DNA of 64,000 nt. Origin: the human T2T-CHM13v2.0 reference genome, Homo sapiens. Location of the stretch: NCBI RefSeq assembly GCF_009914755.1, contig NC_060939.1. The stretch is one strand, 5' to 3'. A program made the translations under genes and the position numbers. Under the pieces are notes generated by a model. That model worked only from the letters and a program-made list of their open reading frames with translations, made no database searches and was not told the DNA's origin. Positions within the stretch are counted from its first letter, which is position 1, and each line of letters opens with the position of its first letter. Shown piece by piece: positions 16,994 to 31,769 of the stretch.

Positions 16994-17544
16994 TAACATA
17001 TGTGCAAAAACTACACAGACATACATCAAGCAAAAGAGAAGTTAGACCATGATATCCTCAACACGTTGGGCCACATTTCCTTCAGTAATGGCCACATGAT
17101 TGGAAATCCGTATGTGAGCTGAGCACACTGCTTTTCAGTTGATGATAATGATAAAGTATACACTAAACATACAAAAATACCAAAGTGGTTTAAAGAATCC
17201 CCAGTTACATCAACTTTACATATAGAAGTGCATAGTTAAGGTCTCATGTGAATCACTGATCAATTTGGACCAAGTCAATGAAAACACAGCCATTTAACAG
17301 ACCGAGCATATAAAATGCAGGTAAACATTTACTTGTTTCTTAATCCCTCTGGCTCATCTCATGGGCTCTCCACAATTTTAACCACTCAGCAACTTCAAGG
17401 ACACAACAGAGTCACTGAAAATTCAGAGTCCCAATAATCCACATTAAGCATTTGAGGGCAGGATAAAAGTTAAATGACTTTCCTCTTCTCAGGAGTCTCT
17501 TGTGGTGGTTTGTTATTCAATTTGGGTGGAAATAGCCACCATAA

Positions 17545-17780
17545 CGACAGCATCTAGTACTAGTTAAGTCCTTGCTATGGGCCAAACACGGTGCCATGTG
17601 TTTGACTTGAGTTTTTATTTAATAACTAACAGCAGCTGTCTGAAGAAAGTACTATTATTTTTTCCATTTTGGAATGAAGAAATTGAAACCTTGATAAATT
17701 TAAGTGGCTTTCCCTAGGTCTCAGAGTTACCAAGTGGCAGAGCTTGAACTCAGGTCTGTCAAAGTCCATACTCATAACCT
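17545..17780 (-). mobile_element. MIR
   Basis: ccatttt...atgaagaaattga...aagtggcagagcttgaactcaggtctgtc. Confidence 0.75.
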
Positions 17781-18317
17781 AGAGCTAATCGCACTTGGCC
17801 TTCAATTACAAGGACTAATTGGATCAAGCCTGGGATCAGGCCTGGAGGCACCAGACACAGCAGTAACAGGGGCAGGTGATTCGATCCCACTCTGTTCCAA
17901 TTCATGTGGGTAAGCCCATTGCTGAACAGTCTCTTTGCCTAAAAATATCAGGCAGCCCACACCCTGGAGCCCTGCAGCTGCTTATGCAATGCCCTAGAAC
18001 TAGGAAGTGTTTCATAAAACCTTCATAAAGACTTTTTGACCACCGTGATGATGATGGTAGGGAGAGGAAAGGAGGGAAAATGAAAGCTAGAAAGGCTAAG
18101 AAAGACAACCATAGAAGTGGTGTAAACAAGTCGTGGACCCACGATGTCTGGTCCCCTAACTGAGGTGCCCTGCCAAGTTCCAGGGTCCCTCTTAGAGAGG
18201 CTCATCCAGGTCAGCTTGGCAAACCACCTTTACCTGTCTCTTACCTCACGGACCCTTCCTGGAACAAATGTGAGTTCCGAGGAGCAGCTAAGGGTGGCTA
18301 AGTCACTGTCATAGTTG

Positions 18318-19340
18318 TTCAATCCATTCAACAAACATCTATTTATTGCCTACCATATGCTAGGCACTGTTTTAGAATGTGAGAATAAAGCAACAAGCAA
18401 ATCCCAGGTGGAACTCAAGAAAATTACACTCTACGAGGGAAGGAGGAGCTTCAGGGATTTCAGACAAGCAGTGATAAAGAGTAATATAGTAGGTCAGATG
18501 GAGATAAGGGCTATGTGGAAAAATACAGCAGGTTAAGGGGATGGGGAGGGAGCAGGAAAGGAGAATCAGAGAACTGCTGTTTTAATGAAGGTGACCAGGG
18601 AAGGTCTTCCTTGAGGAAGTACCTCCTGTGCAGAAACCTGAAGGAAGTGAGGGAGTGAGCCATGCTTCTTTCTGGGCAAGAATGTTCCCGCCAGTGGGAA
18701 CAGCTAGGGCAGAGGCCCAAAGGCAAGGGCATGCCTAACTTCTTTCCTGAGCAGCGTGGGGATCAGTGTGTCTGGAATAAAGTGAGATGGGGAAAGTGGA
18801 GGAGATAAAGTGAGTGAAGTGAGGGAAGGCCAGATTATAGAGAGCCTTGTGGGCCACAGGAAGGACTTGGCTTCTGTTCTGAGTAAATGGAAGGCTATTG
18901 AAGGACTTTGAGCAGAGGAGTGGTACAATCTGAAGAGATCACCCTGGCTGTTCTAGGGAGGCCAGGAGAGACCAGTTGTAAAGGTATTGCAATAATCCAG
19001 ATGAAAGATGATGGCAACATTGCCCAGGGTGGGAGCTGGAGAGGTGAGACAAAGTGATCAGATTTGGGCTGTGTTTTGAAGGTAGAGCTTTCAGAATTTG
19101 ATGAAGGAATGGGCTTAATGTGTGAAAGAATGCAAAGAGTCAAAAAATACTCCAAGGTTTTTGGCTTGAACAATCAGAAAAAAATGGAATTGCCATTTAC
19201 TGAGATTGGGGGAGACTCCCTGAGGAACAGATTTGGGGACAAACTAGGAACTGGGTTTTGAAAATCTAAGGTTGAGATGCTTATTAGGTATCCAATGAAG
19301 ATGTTCAGTAGGTAGCTTAGCATTCAGTGGAGAAGTCTGG
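18318..19340 (-). mobile_element. L2 (L2a-like) 3' kilobase
   Basis: cattcaacaaacat...tgctaggcactgt antisense L2 end; gaaggctattgaaggactttgagcag and gccatttactgagat motifs. Confidence 0.85.
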
Positions 19341-21189
19341 GTCTTGTGAGAGGCACCCGTATCTTCTATCCCTGGTTTAGGCAAGAGGTGTTGAGAGTCC
19401 GAGCTAGGGCAAATATGAGATACATTGCGATGGTAAAATAAAAAGAATCAGAAGAGCTGGATGAGAAAGAAAAGGGTGTTTGGGATGAGCGGAACATCTT
19501 TAGTGTGCAGAAATTCTATCGTAATGCGTACTGCGAAAGCGTTATTTCCAGGGGCTTTGATTGTATGTCGTGAATGTATCAGGCTATGCTGACGCAAAGA
19601 AGAGAGTTGCATTCAATAGCAAAAATGCAAATCAACAAACCAGCAACTCATTTTGAAATTAATTGGCATGAAAATGCAATGTGAAAAAAATTTTAAATTA
19701 TTTTTATGTCTTTTTCAGTCTAGTAATTGATTCTCTTATTGAGTGTTTTATGTTAAGTGCTTTATGACATGGAGTTTTAAGGATATTGCATAAAAATAAA
19801 ATGGACTATACTAGGCCTCATACACATAATCCAAACCAACTCCATGTCTCATTGCTTTAAATTAACTTCAGCTATTACAAATTTTTTTTCTGTCTTTTGC
19901 AGCTCTCCATTGATTTTTTCTTTCATCTCCTCTCAGTGACCTTTATTACAGTCTTTCCTGATGCTAGTCCCTCCTACTCCATTTCATCTTTTAAATTTCT
20001 CCCTGATGAGATACCTTATCTTGCTGGTCCTATTTCAGATGGAGACTGAATTGTATAGATTCCCCAGAGAGCCTGCATCGAACCAAGGAAGTGACTGATA
20101 TTTCTACAATAATATATCTGAGTTTGTAAAAATGTTCTTCCATCCTATTACTGAAAATTGCTATTAATTAACTTAGCAAATAATTATTTGGCACATTCTT
20201 TTTCCTAGGCACCACCCTAGGCCCTGGACATACAAGTGTCTGTCCACAAGGTCAATGTCACACTTTTTATGCTATTGGCATTTGTAATGAAATAAAAAAA
20301 ATTATTCATACCCCAACTCAGATGTGTAAAGATAATGCACCTTCTTTAGGTTGTCCACAACAGACACCCCCCTGCCCCCCACCTAAAAAGATGCCAGAAA
20401 ATAACTCCTAAATTTTAGTCTAGTCTTAAAACCTGGTGTGGTGCAACCATTAAACACTCTCCTTAAGAAAATGCTCAATCCCTTTAGGTAAAAATGCTTG
20501 CCTCTCTGATATCCTCTGCAAGATGGTGGCTAGGTGTGTGAGGACGGGGTGTGGCTCAGTGACCTTGGCTGGAGGAAAGAAGGCGTTGTCTGTGCTCCTA
20601 TGTGGCTCTCTGAGTCCTTGGTGGCCTATGTGGCAATGGCGTCTTTTGTGTGACTCATCTCCATTTGCTCTGTGAGCCTCCTCTGCCATTGTCTGTGGTC
20701 TGGTCTCTCAGCCTGATGAAGCCACAGTGGTGCCCCTCAACTCCTGTGGGCATCACAGACCCCTCTGAGCTCTGCCTGTCTTCCATTCACTGCCTGGACC
20801 AGTCTAACTCTTTGCCCCTCACCATCACAGGCCCATTACATGCCCATCAGCTCTCAACTCAGCTGCTTCCTAAACACCCACCCACTCAGGGGCATGTGGG
20901 GTCTTCTGGGCCCTACCCATGCCACATCAATACCAACAGCTACTCAGGAGAACCAATTCTAGTTCTCCTTTGGCAAATCGTGCTGCCCCACCAAGCTACT
21001 CTGATGTGGCCCCACAGGCGAGGGCAGCACAGCCTTTGAGATGAGCTCCTTCCAGAGTCCCAGATGTGAAGCAAACATCCGCCTCACGCTAGTATTCCCC
21101 ATAACCTGTCTAACATTCCTCCCTACCCCTGAGCTGAGGCCTCAAGGAAGAGTTCTGGGCACACTATCATATTCTCCTGCCTTCCTCTC

Positions 21190-21824
21190 TGTATTAGTCA
21201 GGGTTCTCCAGAGAGACAGAACTAATAGGATAGGTAGATAGATATGGATATATGAGACGAGATTTATTAGAGGACTTGGCACACACAATTATGGAGGCTG
21301 AGAGGTCCCACAATATGCTGTCTGCAAGCTAGAGAACCATAAGGATGTCTTAGTCCAAGTTGGAAGGCCCAAGAGCCAAAGAGGCCGATTGATATAACTC
21401 TCAATCTGAGACCAAAGGCCTGAGAGCCCTGGGAGGACAGGTGCAAGTCCCAGAGTCCAAAGTTCTAAAGAACCTGAAATTCTGATGCCCAAGGGCAGGA
21501 GAAGAAGGGCATCCTACTCCAGAATTGAGAGGGGGTGGGGAAGGAGGAGAGGGGGAGAAGGGGAGAGGGTGAGGGGTACGGTGGATGAAATAGGAGAGAG
21601 AGAACTATTCGCCCTTCTTCTGCCTTTTGTTCTATCTGGGCCCCCAGCAGATTGATTAGTGCCTGCCCACATTGAGGGTGGATGCTCCCCACTCAGTCCA
21701 CCAACTTGCACTCCAATTTCCTTCAGCAACACCTTCACAGACCTGACACCCAGAAATAATGCTTCAGCAGCCATTGAGGCATCTCTCCATCCAGTCAAGT
21801 CGGCACATAAAATTAATTATCGTA
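21190..21824 (-). mobile_element. MLT2 (ERVL) solo LTR
   Basis: tgtattagtcagggttctccagagagacagaac ... ccagtcaagtcggcacataaaattaa. Confidence 0.9.
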
Positions 21825-22108
21825 CTCTCCCTTCTGTTTACTAATAGTCGCCTAGTCCAGAAGATGAAGTGTTTCTTTTGCATCCCTTTCCTTCTGCCCA
21901 GGATTTACTGTAAGTAACCTGGGCTGGAAGAGGTGGGTGTTGAGCTGTTCCCTTCCTCTGTCCACTTCCTCCCTCCTTGTTTACTCAGCCTCATGGCTAA
22001 GCCTGAACAGCACATGTGGAGGGCCAGAGAAGGACAGAGAGGGTTAACAATAAATTAACCTCAGTTGAGAGGTATTTTGAAAATACTGTTATACGTTGAA
22101 GGAGAACT

Positions 22109-22138
22109 ATTTTTTTTTTTTTTTTTTTTTTTTTTTTA
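22109..22138. repeat. poly(T) tract
   Basis: direct reading. Confidence 0.9.
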
Positions 22139-22349
22139 GCTATCAAAAGATAGGGAAAAATAAAAAAACCTCAGCTCTCAAATTCTGGAGCAAAGAGTAA
22201 GCCTTTTGAGGAGATACCTTGTGATTCTGATGACTCCGTGATACACGTTTCTACTGCAGTATGGTCTGATTGGATGTAAAAGTAGCACAGAGATTTGAAT
22301 ATTATAATATTTCAGTTATAAATCCCATACACGAAGAGGAAACTGGAAG

Positions 22350-22990
22350 AGAAATCTTAGAAGGAACATTAGGGGTCCTCTAATTATTTGTTCCCTCCAA
22401 ATAGGAACCCTGATTTGTATCTCTGTATCCCTCTGACTTCCTACATAAGCTAAGTACTATACTAAGGAAATAAAACGACTCAGCAGGCATCCTCTCATAG
22501 CTGAACAACCTCCGTTGTGAGAAAATCTCTCCTTACATTGAGTCAAATCCTCTCCCTCCCGCTTCCAGATGTTGTTTCTGGTCCTGCCCCCTGGAGCTAT
22601 AGAAGCAAACTGTAACTTCTTTCTCCAATTTAATATCTTACAATATTCTGCCTCTTCCTCAATCTCTTCTTCTCCAATTCATGGTGTATGTGTGTTTCTT
22701 TCTTTTTAATTTCTGCCACCTGGATACTCCTTCCCAGGAACATTCCATTCTCTCTTGTAGTGCTTCTCTTAAAATGAGGTGCCTGTGGGTGTGGTAGCTT
22801 GAGCCTGTAGCCCCAGCTACTCCGGAGGGTAAGCCGAGAGGGATGGGGGAGGCTGCAGTGAGCTGTGATTGTGCCACTATACTCTAGCCAGGGCGACAGA
22901 GCAAGACCCTGTCTGAAAAAGAAAAATAAAAGAGGTGTCTGGATATGAGCACCATGCCCCAGCTGTGGTCCCCTAGCACTGAGTCTAGCA
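22350..22990 (-). mobile_element. CR1/L3-like LINE fragment interrupted by an Alu monomer
   Basis: tgagaaaatctctccttacattgag...ggtcctgccccctggagc pattern; highly diverged. Confidence 0.5.
22786..22930 (+). mobile_element. Alu right monomer (FRAM/AluJ-like)
   Basis: ggctgcagtgagctgtgatt...gagcaagaccctgtct; TSD-like GAGGTG(C/T)CTG. Confidence 0.85.
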
Positions 22991-24687
22991 GGATCTGGAT
23001 CACAGACTTCTTATGCCGGAGTCTATTAACAGAGATTAATAAATGTTTGCTCCACACTCTATTCCCAAGACCGCGTGGTTCTCTGAAACTTCCAGCTTGA
23101 GCCTTTAGCTACACCTGCCAAGAAAATATTGGATATGGATGCTGTCATGCAATCCACTTCCTTTCTCCCTACATATCCCTGCCTCAGCTGATGGAACTCA
23201 GACGCCGGACTTGCCCAGGCTCGTACGGTTAGTAGAGGCAGAGTTATAAAAACAAGTGCTAAAATAACAAAGCATAGAGCTACTGCACTCCATAGTAAAG
23301 AAACAATAGTTCAAAAAGAAAAAAAGCCCAGGAAAAAAACAAGATTTTGTTTAGTCCTTTTGTTTTCTCTTTGTTGTCTCAATATCTTACCCGATCCCCC
23401 AACCCCACCCCAGCTTTTAAACATCCTTCACATGTGTAGGCACTATTCAAGAGTCCTTTAAAAAGTAGTTACCAATGTTCTACTAGAAGAAGCATACAAT
23501 CACAATACTATACTTTCTCAAAATGAGACACCATTATGGTTAGCATGAATCATTTTGAAATGGATGGATTTGTTCCCTCCCCCAACTGGTAAACTATTAG
23601 GTTACTCACCCTTCGTATGCACATCTGTAAATACTTAATTCAACTCTAATGAAATATTAACCTATGACTATTGCATTAATACATGTATAATAGGAAGTAT
23701 CTTAGATTACTACTTTGCCTCAAGTAAAGTGAATGCAAAAATGGTGATATAATATTCCCCCAAGAACTGCAAATTTTGCATTTCCTGACATGGGGTAGGT
23801 TTTAAGTTACATCATATACTTTGAAAAAAATATAGAGATATGGCTTCTGGGTTAGCATGGCAGCAGAAGGCTGTTCTTGATACAGTTCCTCCTGCCTTCC
23901 CATTAAAATGCCATGAGGATAGACCAAAATACAAAACTGATGACAGCACTGGAAACTATAAATAAGACAGTGCTGTCGGCCTGCAGTGGGGCAGACCAAG
24001 AAGAAGGAAGAGGAAGCATGCTGTTTAATTTGCCTCCTGCATGCTCTACCTTTTGAAGGAGAACCTGGCAGATGGCCCTAGAGAAGGAAGGCATTACTTA
24101 GATTCTTCCTTCGGCATCTATACATAATTCAGGTGCGGACCCGACACTCTAGAAAAACAAATGGCAATTTCCTAACTGTGCAGGAGTCATGTTCTGCATG
24201 GGCTGGGCTCAGCCCTCTATCACTGCATCAGCATCGCGTCACACTTATCTGGAGATTGTTAACTCCCAGCATGCCATGGAACAGGAAGCAGCAGGAAAGA
24301 GAAGCCCCCGCATCCTGCATAAGGAGTCCCCTCTCCCTTGAGAGCAGGGTGGAAAGAAGTGTGCTGGAGGTGTGTGGCCTTCACGTCAGACACTGTTTAA
24401 AGGAAACTGCCCGCTGCATCTGATTTTCTTGGTTAGAAAATGTACAGGCTGGAATGGGTTGCAGGTTGAGTGGAATGCATTTCTGGGGCTTGCAGAGATA
24501 CAACAAATGTCTGCGAGGGGCTCCTTTATCAGCCCCATCTTTGGGAGTTGAAAGGGCCAAGAAAATGCCACATACCTTGTCTGTTGGCAAACCCTGAGTC
24601 TGGATCTATTTACTTCATTCATAGATGACTAAACATGTTTTAAAAGTGAGGTTTATGAAAGGTTTATGTTCTTGCCATTAATAAACA

Positions 24688-24930
24688 GTGGATCACCTGA
24701 GGTCAGGAGCTCGAGACCAGCCTGGCCAACATGGTGAAAATCCGTCTCTACTAAAAATACAAAAATTAGCCGGTCGTGGTGGCAGGCGCCTATAATCCCA
24801 GCTACTCAGGAGGCTGAGGCAGGGAGAATTACTTGAACCCGGGAGGTGGAGGTTGCAGTGAGCCGAGATCGTGCCACTGTACCCCAGCCTGGGCAACAGA
24901 GTGAGACTCCATCTCAAAAAGAAGAGAAAC
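24688..24930 (+). mobile_element. AluS, 5'-truncated
   Basis: starts at gtggatcacctgaggtcagg; A-rich tail. Confidence 0.95.
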
Positions 24931-25156
24931 AAAGTTTAAGGATAATTTTCTAAGCCTAAAGACACTAGTAGAGTAACTGAAAATAGAATTTCTGAATTCC
25001 AAATTACTGCAGAAAATTCAAGCAAATAAAACATTATTTTAACACAGCACAGAATATAGAGTGAAATATAGAAAACAAGGGAAACAGACAATACAAAAAG
25101 AAGAAAACATAAAATGAGTCAATAAAGACAACCTCTTTCATAAAAGACATAAATAA

Positions 25157-25539
<383 letters not shown>

Positions 25540-25576
25540 TAATTGGGAACCATACTGTCTTGGTGATGAGAGAAAC

Positions 25577-25616
25577 TTTTTATTATTATTTATTTATTTG
25601 GAGATGGAGTCTTGCT
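25577..25616 (-). mobile_element. tiny Alu 3'-end fragment
   Basis: T-rich tail plus ggagatggagtcttgct. Confidence 0.6.
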
Positions 25617-25661
25617 AAGAGATATTAAAACATTTTATAAAGCTATAGAAATTAAAACAGA

Positions 25662-25810
25662 GGCCAGACATGGTGGCTCATGCCTGTAATCCCAGCACTT
25701 CGAGAGGCCGAGGCAGAAATCACTTGAGCTCAGAAGTTCAAAACCAGCCTGGGCAACATGGCAAAACTCCGTCTCTACAAAAAATACAAACATTACCTGG
25801 GTGTGGTGGG
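25662..25810 (+). mobile_element. Alu left arm, 3'-truncated, no A-tail
   Basis: ends at attacctgggtgtggtggg; flanked by aaacag repeats. Confidence 0.9.
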
Positions 25811-25914
25811 TAAACAGCATTGTACTGGCATAAAGAAAGACACATCAGTGGAATAGAATTCAAATTAATGGACATCAGATGATAGTCAATAAATGATGTT
25901 GAGAAAACTTGCTG

Positions 25915-26103
25915 GCTCCCTCTCCCCTTCCCTCCCTCCCTCACCTCCCTTCTCCTCTCCTCTCCGAGACAGAGTCTCCCTCTGTTGCCCAGGCTGGAGT
26001 GCAGTGCAGTGGCACTGCAAGCTCTGCCTCCCAGGTTCAAGTGATTCTCCTGCCTCAGCCTCCAGAGAGCTGGGATTACAGGTGCCCGCCATCATGCCTG
26101 GCT
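25915..26103 (-). mobile_element. Alu right arm with tail decayed to a CT-rich tract
   Basis: TSD-like CTTG(C/A)TGGC. Confidence 0.9.
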
Positions 26104-26540
26104 TGATGGCGATTTTCACGGGAAAAAAAGGCTAGACCCATATTGTACTTGTCGGTGTTAAATTCCTGAGAGATTACAAATTAAGAATGCAAAAACTTGA
26201 AGAAAAGATGAGGAAGTTCTTTTTGAAGCTTGCCACCAAAGACAAAAACCATAAATAAAAGACTGCTAGGGTAGATTACTAAAATTAAAAATTTTTGAAA
26301 AGGGAAAGCACTCCATAATCAAAATTAAAAGGCAAATATGTGTTTACAACACATATGACAAGGAACTAATATCCTTAATATATAAAGAGTTCTACGAATT
26401 GATAAGGAAAGATTAGCACCCAAATATGAATATTGGCAAAGGACATTAACAGACAATTCCCAAGAGAATATAAATGACCAATAGTTATACAAAAATATGT
26501 TTAGCCTTACTAGTATTCAGATATACAAAATGAATAATCA

Positions 26541-26820
26541 GGCTGGGCACCGTGGCTCATGCCTGTAATCCCAGTACTTTGGTAGGTGGAGGCGCAAGGA
26601 TCACTTCAGGCCAGGAGTACAAGACCAGCCTGGGCAACATAGCAAGACCTGGTTTCTACAAAAATAAACTCTCAAAGCTGAGGCAGGAGGATCTTTTGAG
26701 TCCAGGAGTTTGAGGTTACAGTGAGCTATGATCACGCCACTGAACTTCAAGAGTGGGAGACAGAGCAAGACCCTGTCTCTAAAAAAGTAAAAATAAAAAA
26801 TAAATCAAAAAAATCAAATA
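26541..26820 (+). mobile_element. AluJ with internal deletion
   Basis: AluJ diagnostics (ggcaacatagcaagacc, gaggttacagtgagctatga); start of right arm missing. Confidence 0.9.
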
Positions 26821-27049
26821 ACCAGTGGAGAGTATTTATTATGTTGGCAAAGCCTAGAAAGCCTTCTCAGTGGTGTCAAAGATGAGTGGAAATCAAATGT
26901 AGCTATCTGCTGGACAAGGCACCACGCCACCTCTAGCACTAGACAGCTCTTCCGACACTAATGTTCCTGGAAGCTGAATGCTCTTTCAACTGAAGGAGCT
27001 TATAGGCAAGGAAAAAGCAGGAAGGTCACAGGAGTAGCTGCAATGTAGC

Positions 27050-28100
<1,051 letters not shown>

Positions 28101-28662
28101 ATATCCAAGGAAGGAATCACAAGGCATCTTACCCCAAGACCAAAGATTTCGTCAGTGGAGATGGTGAGTGAGGGTGCAGTGTGGAGTCTATCACCTGGGT
28201 TTATCTCCCATCTCAACGCACCATGGACTCAGCTTTGGAGAGGAATGGGTATAAACAATGAAAGAGGAGTGTCACAGTGTGATGAGTATACTTTGCTTTA
28301 CAAGTAGCAGCACTCCAAATTAAATTAGCTTGAGCAAACTTGACTCATTTCTACAAACCATAGGCAGGGCAGGGTAAACTGGGCCTGAAATCAGGTCTGT
28401 ACTTCTCTCTGCAAGCTGGCTTCCTTGTCTCAAACCAGTTCTAGAAATTTAGTACCCAGCAACTCCCAAGTTTACATCTACTAGATTTACCACTCTAGAG
28501 ATTAGAGCTCCTTGAGTTCAAACATTCCAGGGAAGAGCCCTGACTGGCTCAGTTTAAGTCAATTACCCATTTCTAGCCAGTAAGGAAGACTAAAACATGG
28601 CAACAGTGTAAGCTGCAAAGATAGTTATTCCCCCCACTTTGCAATAGAACAAGGGGACTCTA

Positions 28663-29012
<350 letters not shown>

Positions 29013-29561
29013 TAACTAAGCTGCAGTGCCTTGTGGACATGAGTCCTCCCTATGGAAGGAGATCTGACAAAGGGAAAGAAAAAATATCCTCATACAGTGG
29101 ACCTAACTTACTCAGAATGCATGAGACACACTCTGGGTGATCCCAGAAATGCTCGCTAATTGGAGGGGAACTTTGCAGTTGGGTGCTGTGATTGCAGTCG
29201 GGGGAAACTAGTGAAATCCAAGGTCCCATCATCAAAGTGACCTCCTATATAATTACAAGCTGGAATGACATTAGGGAACCTAGGCTACAGAGAAAGAAAT
29301 GAATTAACAAGGGAATGGCTAACATGCTTCTTACAATGAAAAAGCCAATGTGAAGGTAAATAAGGAATACTTTCGCTTTCACAAAACACTCACTTGGCCT
29401 TTCTTAAACAATGTTTTTCAGATCCAGGCCTTACCTTTCATAGATCTAAAGGAGTGCCTGAAAGCTGCCAATTTATTTAAGAGAAAGGCCTACCAGAGAT
29501 ATGAGCTGTGCATTCTGAATCCTTCAAAAGATTGTCCTTTTACCTAAATAAGAAACACCTC

Positions 29562-29874
29562 TCATATTTCACTGAATCTAAAACTCTATCACTTGTAAGA
29601 CACATCATGTTATATTGTTAGGCTATAATAAAGGCTGACAATTAAACTCTAATATCATGCTGTTTTATCACTTAGAGTTTGTATAGTTATTTAAAGAACA
29701 CTTTAAGATTATTTAGAGACAGATTTTTATCATGAATTACTCTTATGTGTACCTAAAAGAAAGAAAATATAAGCAAAATAAATTGGTTGCAGTATTCTTA
29801 AACTTCATGTTCAAATTTGGCTCTTCTAAATTAGTTTTTGAATTAGCATTGTTGAAAACTGCTCCTTTCCCTCC

Positions 29875-29922
<48 letters not shown>

Positions 29923-30146
29923 CCATCTTTGAGGATGTGACATTTTTTAAAATGAGTTCTTCATTAATATCTCCTGGATTTTTTTCCCAGCCACTGATCA
30001 CTCTTCTGCAAGTTTTGTTGCACATGTGCAAACAGTGACAGCCCCATCATCAACTGCAACCTAGCCAACAGGTTTAAGACACATCCCGATTTCAGATGTT
30101 AAAATGTGACCAGAAAAAAAGAGTGTTTTAGAACCAATAAGCACAG
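29562..30146 (-). mobile_element. Tc2/pogo-type DNA transposon (Kanga2/MER104-like), internally deleted
   Basis: degenerate TIRs tcatatttcactgaatctaaaa / ttttagaaccaataagcacag; catcccgatttcagatgttaaaatgtga subterminal motif; minus-strand peptide resembling pogo C-terminus (KKIQEILMKNSF..CHILKDG). Confidence 0.7.
29877..29920. repeat. (AC)22 microsatellite
   Basis: direct reading. Confidence 0.97.
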
Positions 30147-31018
30147 CATTCATGAGTTATAACAAGAAGTGCCACGTGAATGCCAAGGGCAGAATTCCTA
30201 CTGACACTTAAGATTCAAGACAATGCAGTGGTAACATCATTTTAGTAGGAACAGTCTTCTCCAACATACTGTTGCCAAGTCTGTGACTTCTTTACAGGTA
30301 GGCGTTTTCTGATGAGACCAACCCTAGTGGTAATGCTGGGATGGTTACCTTTGAAAGAGGCTTACGTGGCTTAAATCAGAAAGACAAATCATGCTTTACA
30401 TACCTTGCTATTTTTTGCTTAATGATATGTTTTCCAGACCTTTCCATGTAAGCACTTGTAATGAATTCATTCTTTGTAATATCTACATAACATCCCATTG
30501 TATGGATGAGCCATGATTAATTTACTAGTTCATTACTGATGAACTTTTTTCATACACTTTGAACATACACTTTACTGGCTTCCAGCCTTTTTGTTATTGC
30601 AAATAAGGCTGTAGTGGGCATCTTTGCCTCTGGAAATATGAGGAACCATTAATAGAGGTTGCCTTTCAAGAGTGGGCCCAGAGGCTTGGGATAAGAAGAC
30701 TTCCTTTTCATTGTATACTCTATTGACTGTATTGATTTGTGCTCTATGCCTTTATTATTTTACAGTTTGGAAAACTGATCTTTTTCAAAGTGTTTCCTGG
30801 TTTGGTTTTGTTTGGTTGTTGTTTTTGCCTTGGTTTTAGGATGAATGTTAGGCTTAGGCCTCTTTACTGACACTGCTCTAAGCTGCGAGCCTCTGGTTCC
30901 TTGTTTGGTTTTTTTGCTTTGTTAGACTTTAGCAAAAGACAATTGGCCTCTACAAACCCAGTCAAGTTCTCTCTTCCCACCCCAAGCTAGAAAGAAATAC
31001 TTAAGAAACCCTCTAGGC

Positions 31019-31242
31019 CAACTTTGTCCAACCCACGGCCCACAAGCCACATGCAGCCCTGAACAGCTTTCAATGTGGCCCAACACAAATTCATAAACTT
31101 TGTTAAAATGTTATGAGATTTTCCTGTAATTTTTTTTTTAGCATATTAGCTATTGTTAGTGTTCGTGTGTTTTATGTGTGGTCCAGTACAATTCTTCGTC
31201 TTCCAATGTGGCCTAGGGAAGCCAAAAGATTGGATACCCCTG
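31019..31242 (-). mobile_element. MER30 hAT-Charlie MITE, complete
   Basis: ends ...gggaagccaaaagattggatacccctg; perfect 8-bp TSD CTCTAGGC at 31011-31018 and 31243-31250. Confidence 0.92.
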
Positions 31243-31769
31243 CTCTAGGCCATCTGCATTATCAAATGCTACATTTTTTCTGCATTTCCAGACAGGAGTA
31301 GGGGTATCTCTAGCCTGCAATACCCTGTAGGAATTCTGCATTATGTTTCATAAAGGAGTCCATATCCTCTCTTCCCTTTTCCTTTTAGTCCTGAAAACTG
31401 GCATTCACATTTCACAATGCCCTGAAAGTTCCCTCTCTATGGCCTTAATTCAGAAGTAATCTCCAGTTCTTAATAAGGCCTGTTGTAATGGACATCTTGT
31501 AATTCGATATCCTTGCTAACAATGAAGCTGTATTACACAGTGGTTAAATAAATTGTTCTTCTGTGGGTAAGTGTTTTTAAAGCATTTTTTTTAATAAAAG
31601 GATCTCATCAATTTCAAAATTCCATGATTTTGAAAAGTTTTATTTAGATTAGCATTCTACTCTTTGATTCTCTTGTTGATACCCTTGTTTGACAGTACTT
31701 GACTTTGTTTCATCCCAGGAATATTGAACTTCCAGAGTTTGTGTTGTGATTTTTAAAAAAATTCACATT

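Noticed and set aside
19482-19592. Possible C/D snoRNA (GGGATGA ... CTGA)
   Set aside because: Box C is imperfect, the terminal stem is poor and I recognise no guide sequence.
23842-23960. Possible old L1/HAL1 5' end (ggcttctgggttagcatggcagc)
   Set aside because: Only a short motif resemblance, too weak to call.
25662-26103. One Alu broken by an inversion (plus left arm, minus right arm)
   Set aside because: Each piece has its own TSD-like flanks and the intervening L1 keeps its orientation.
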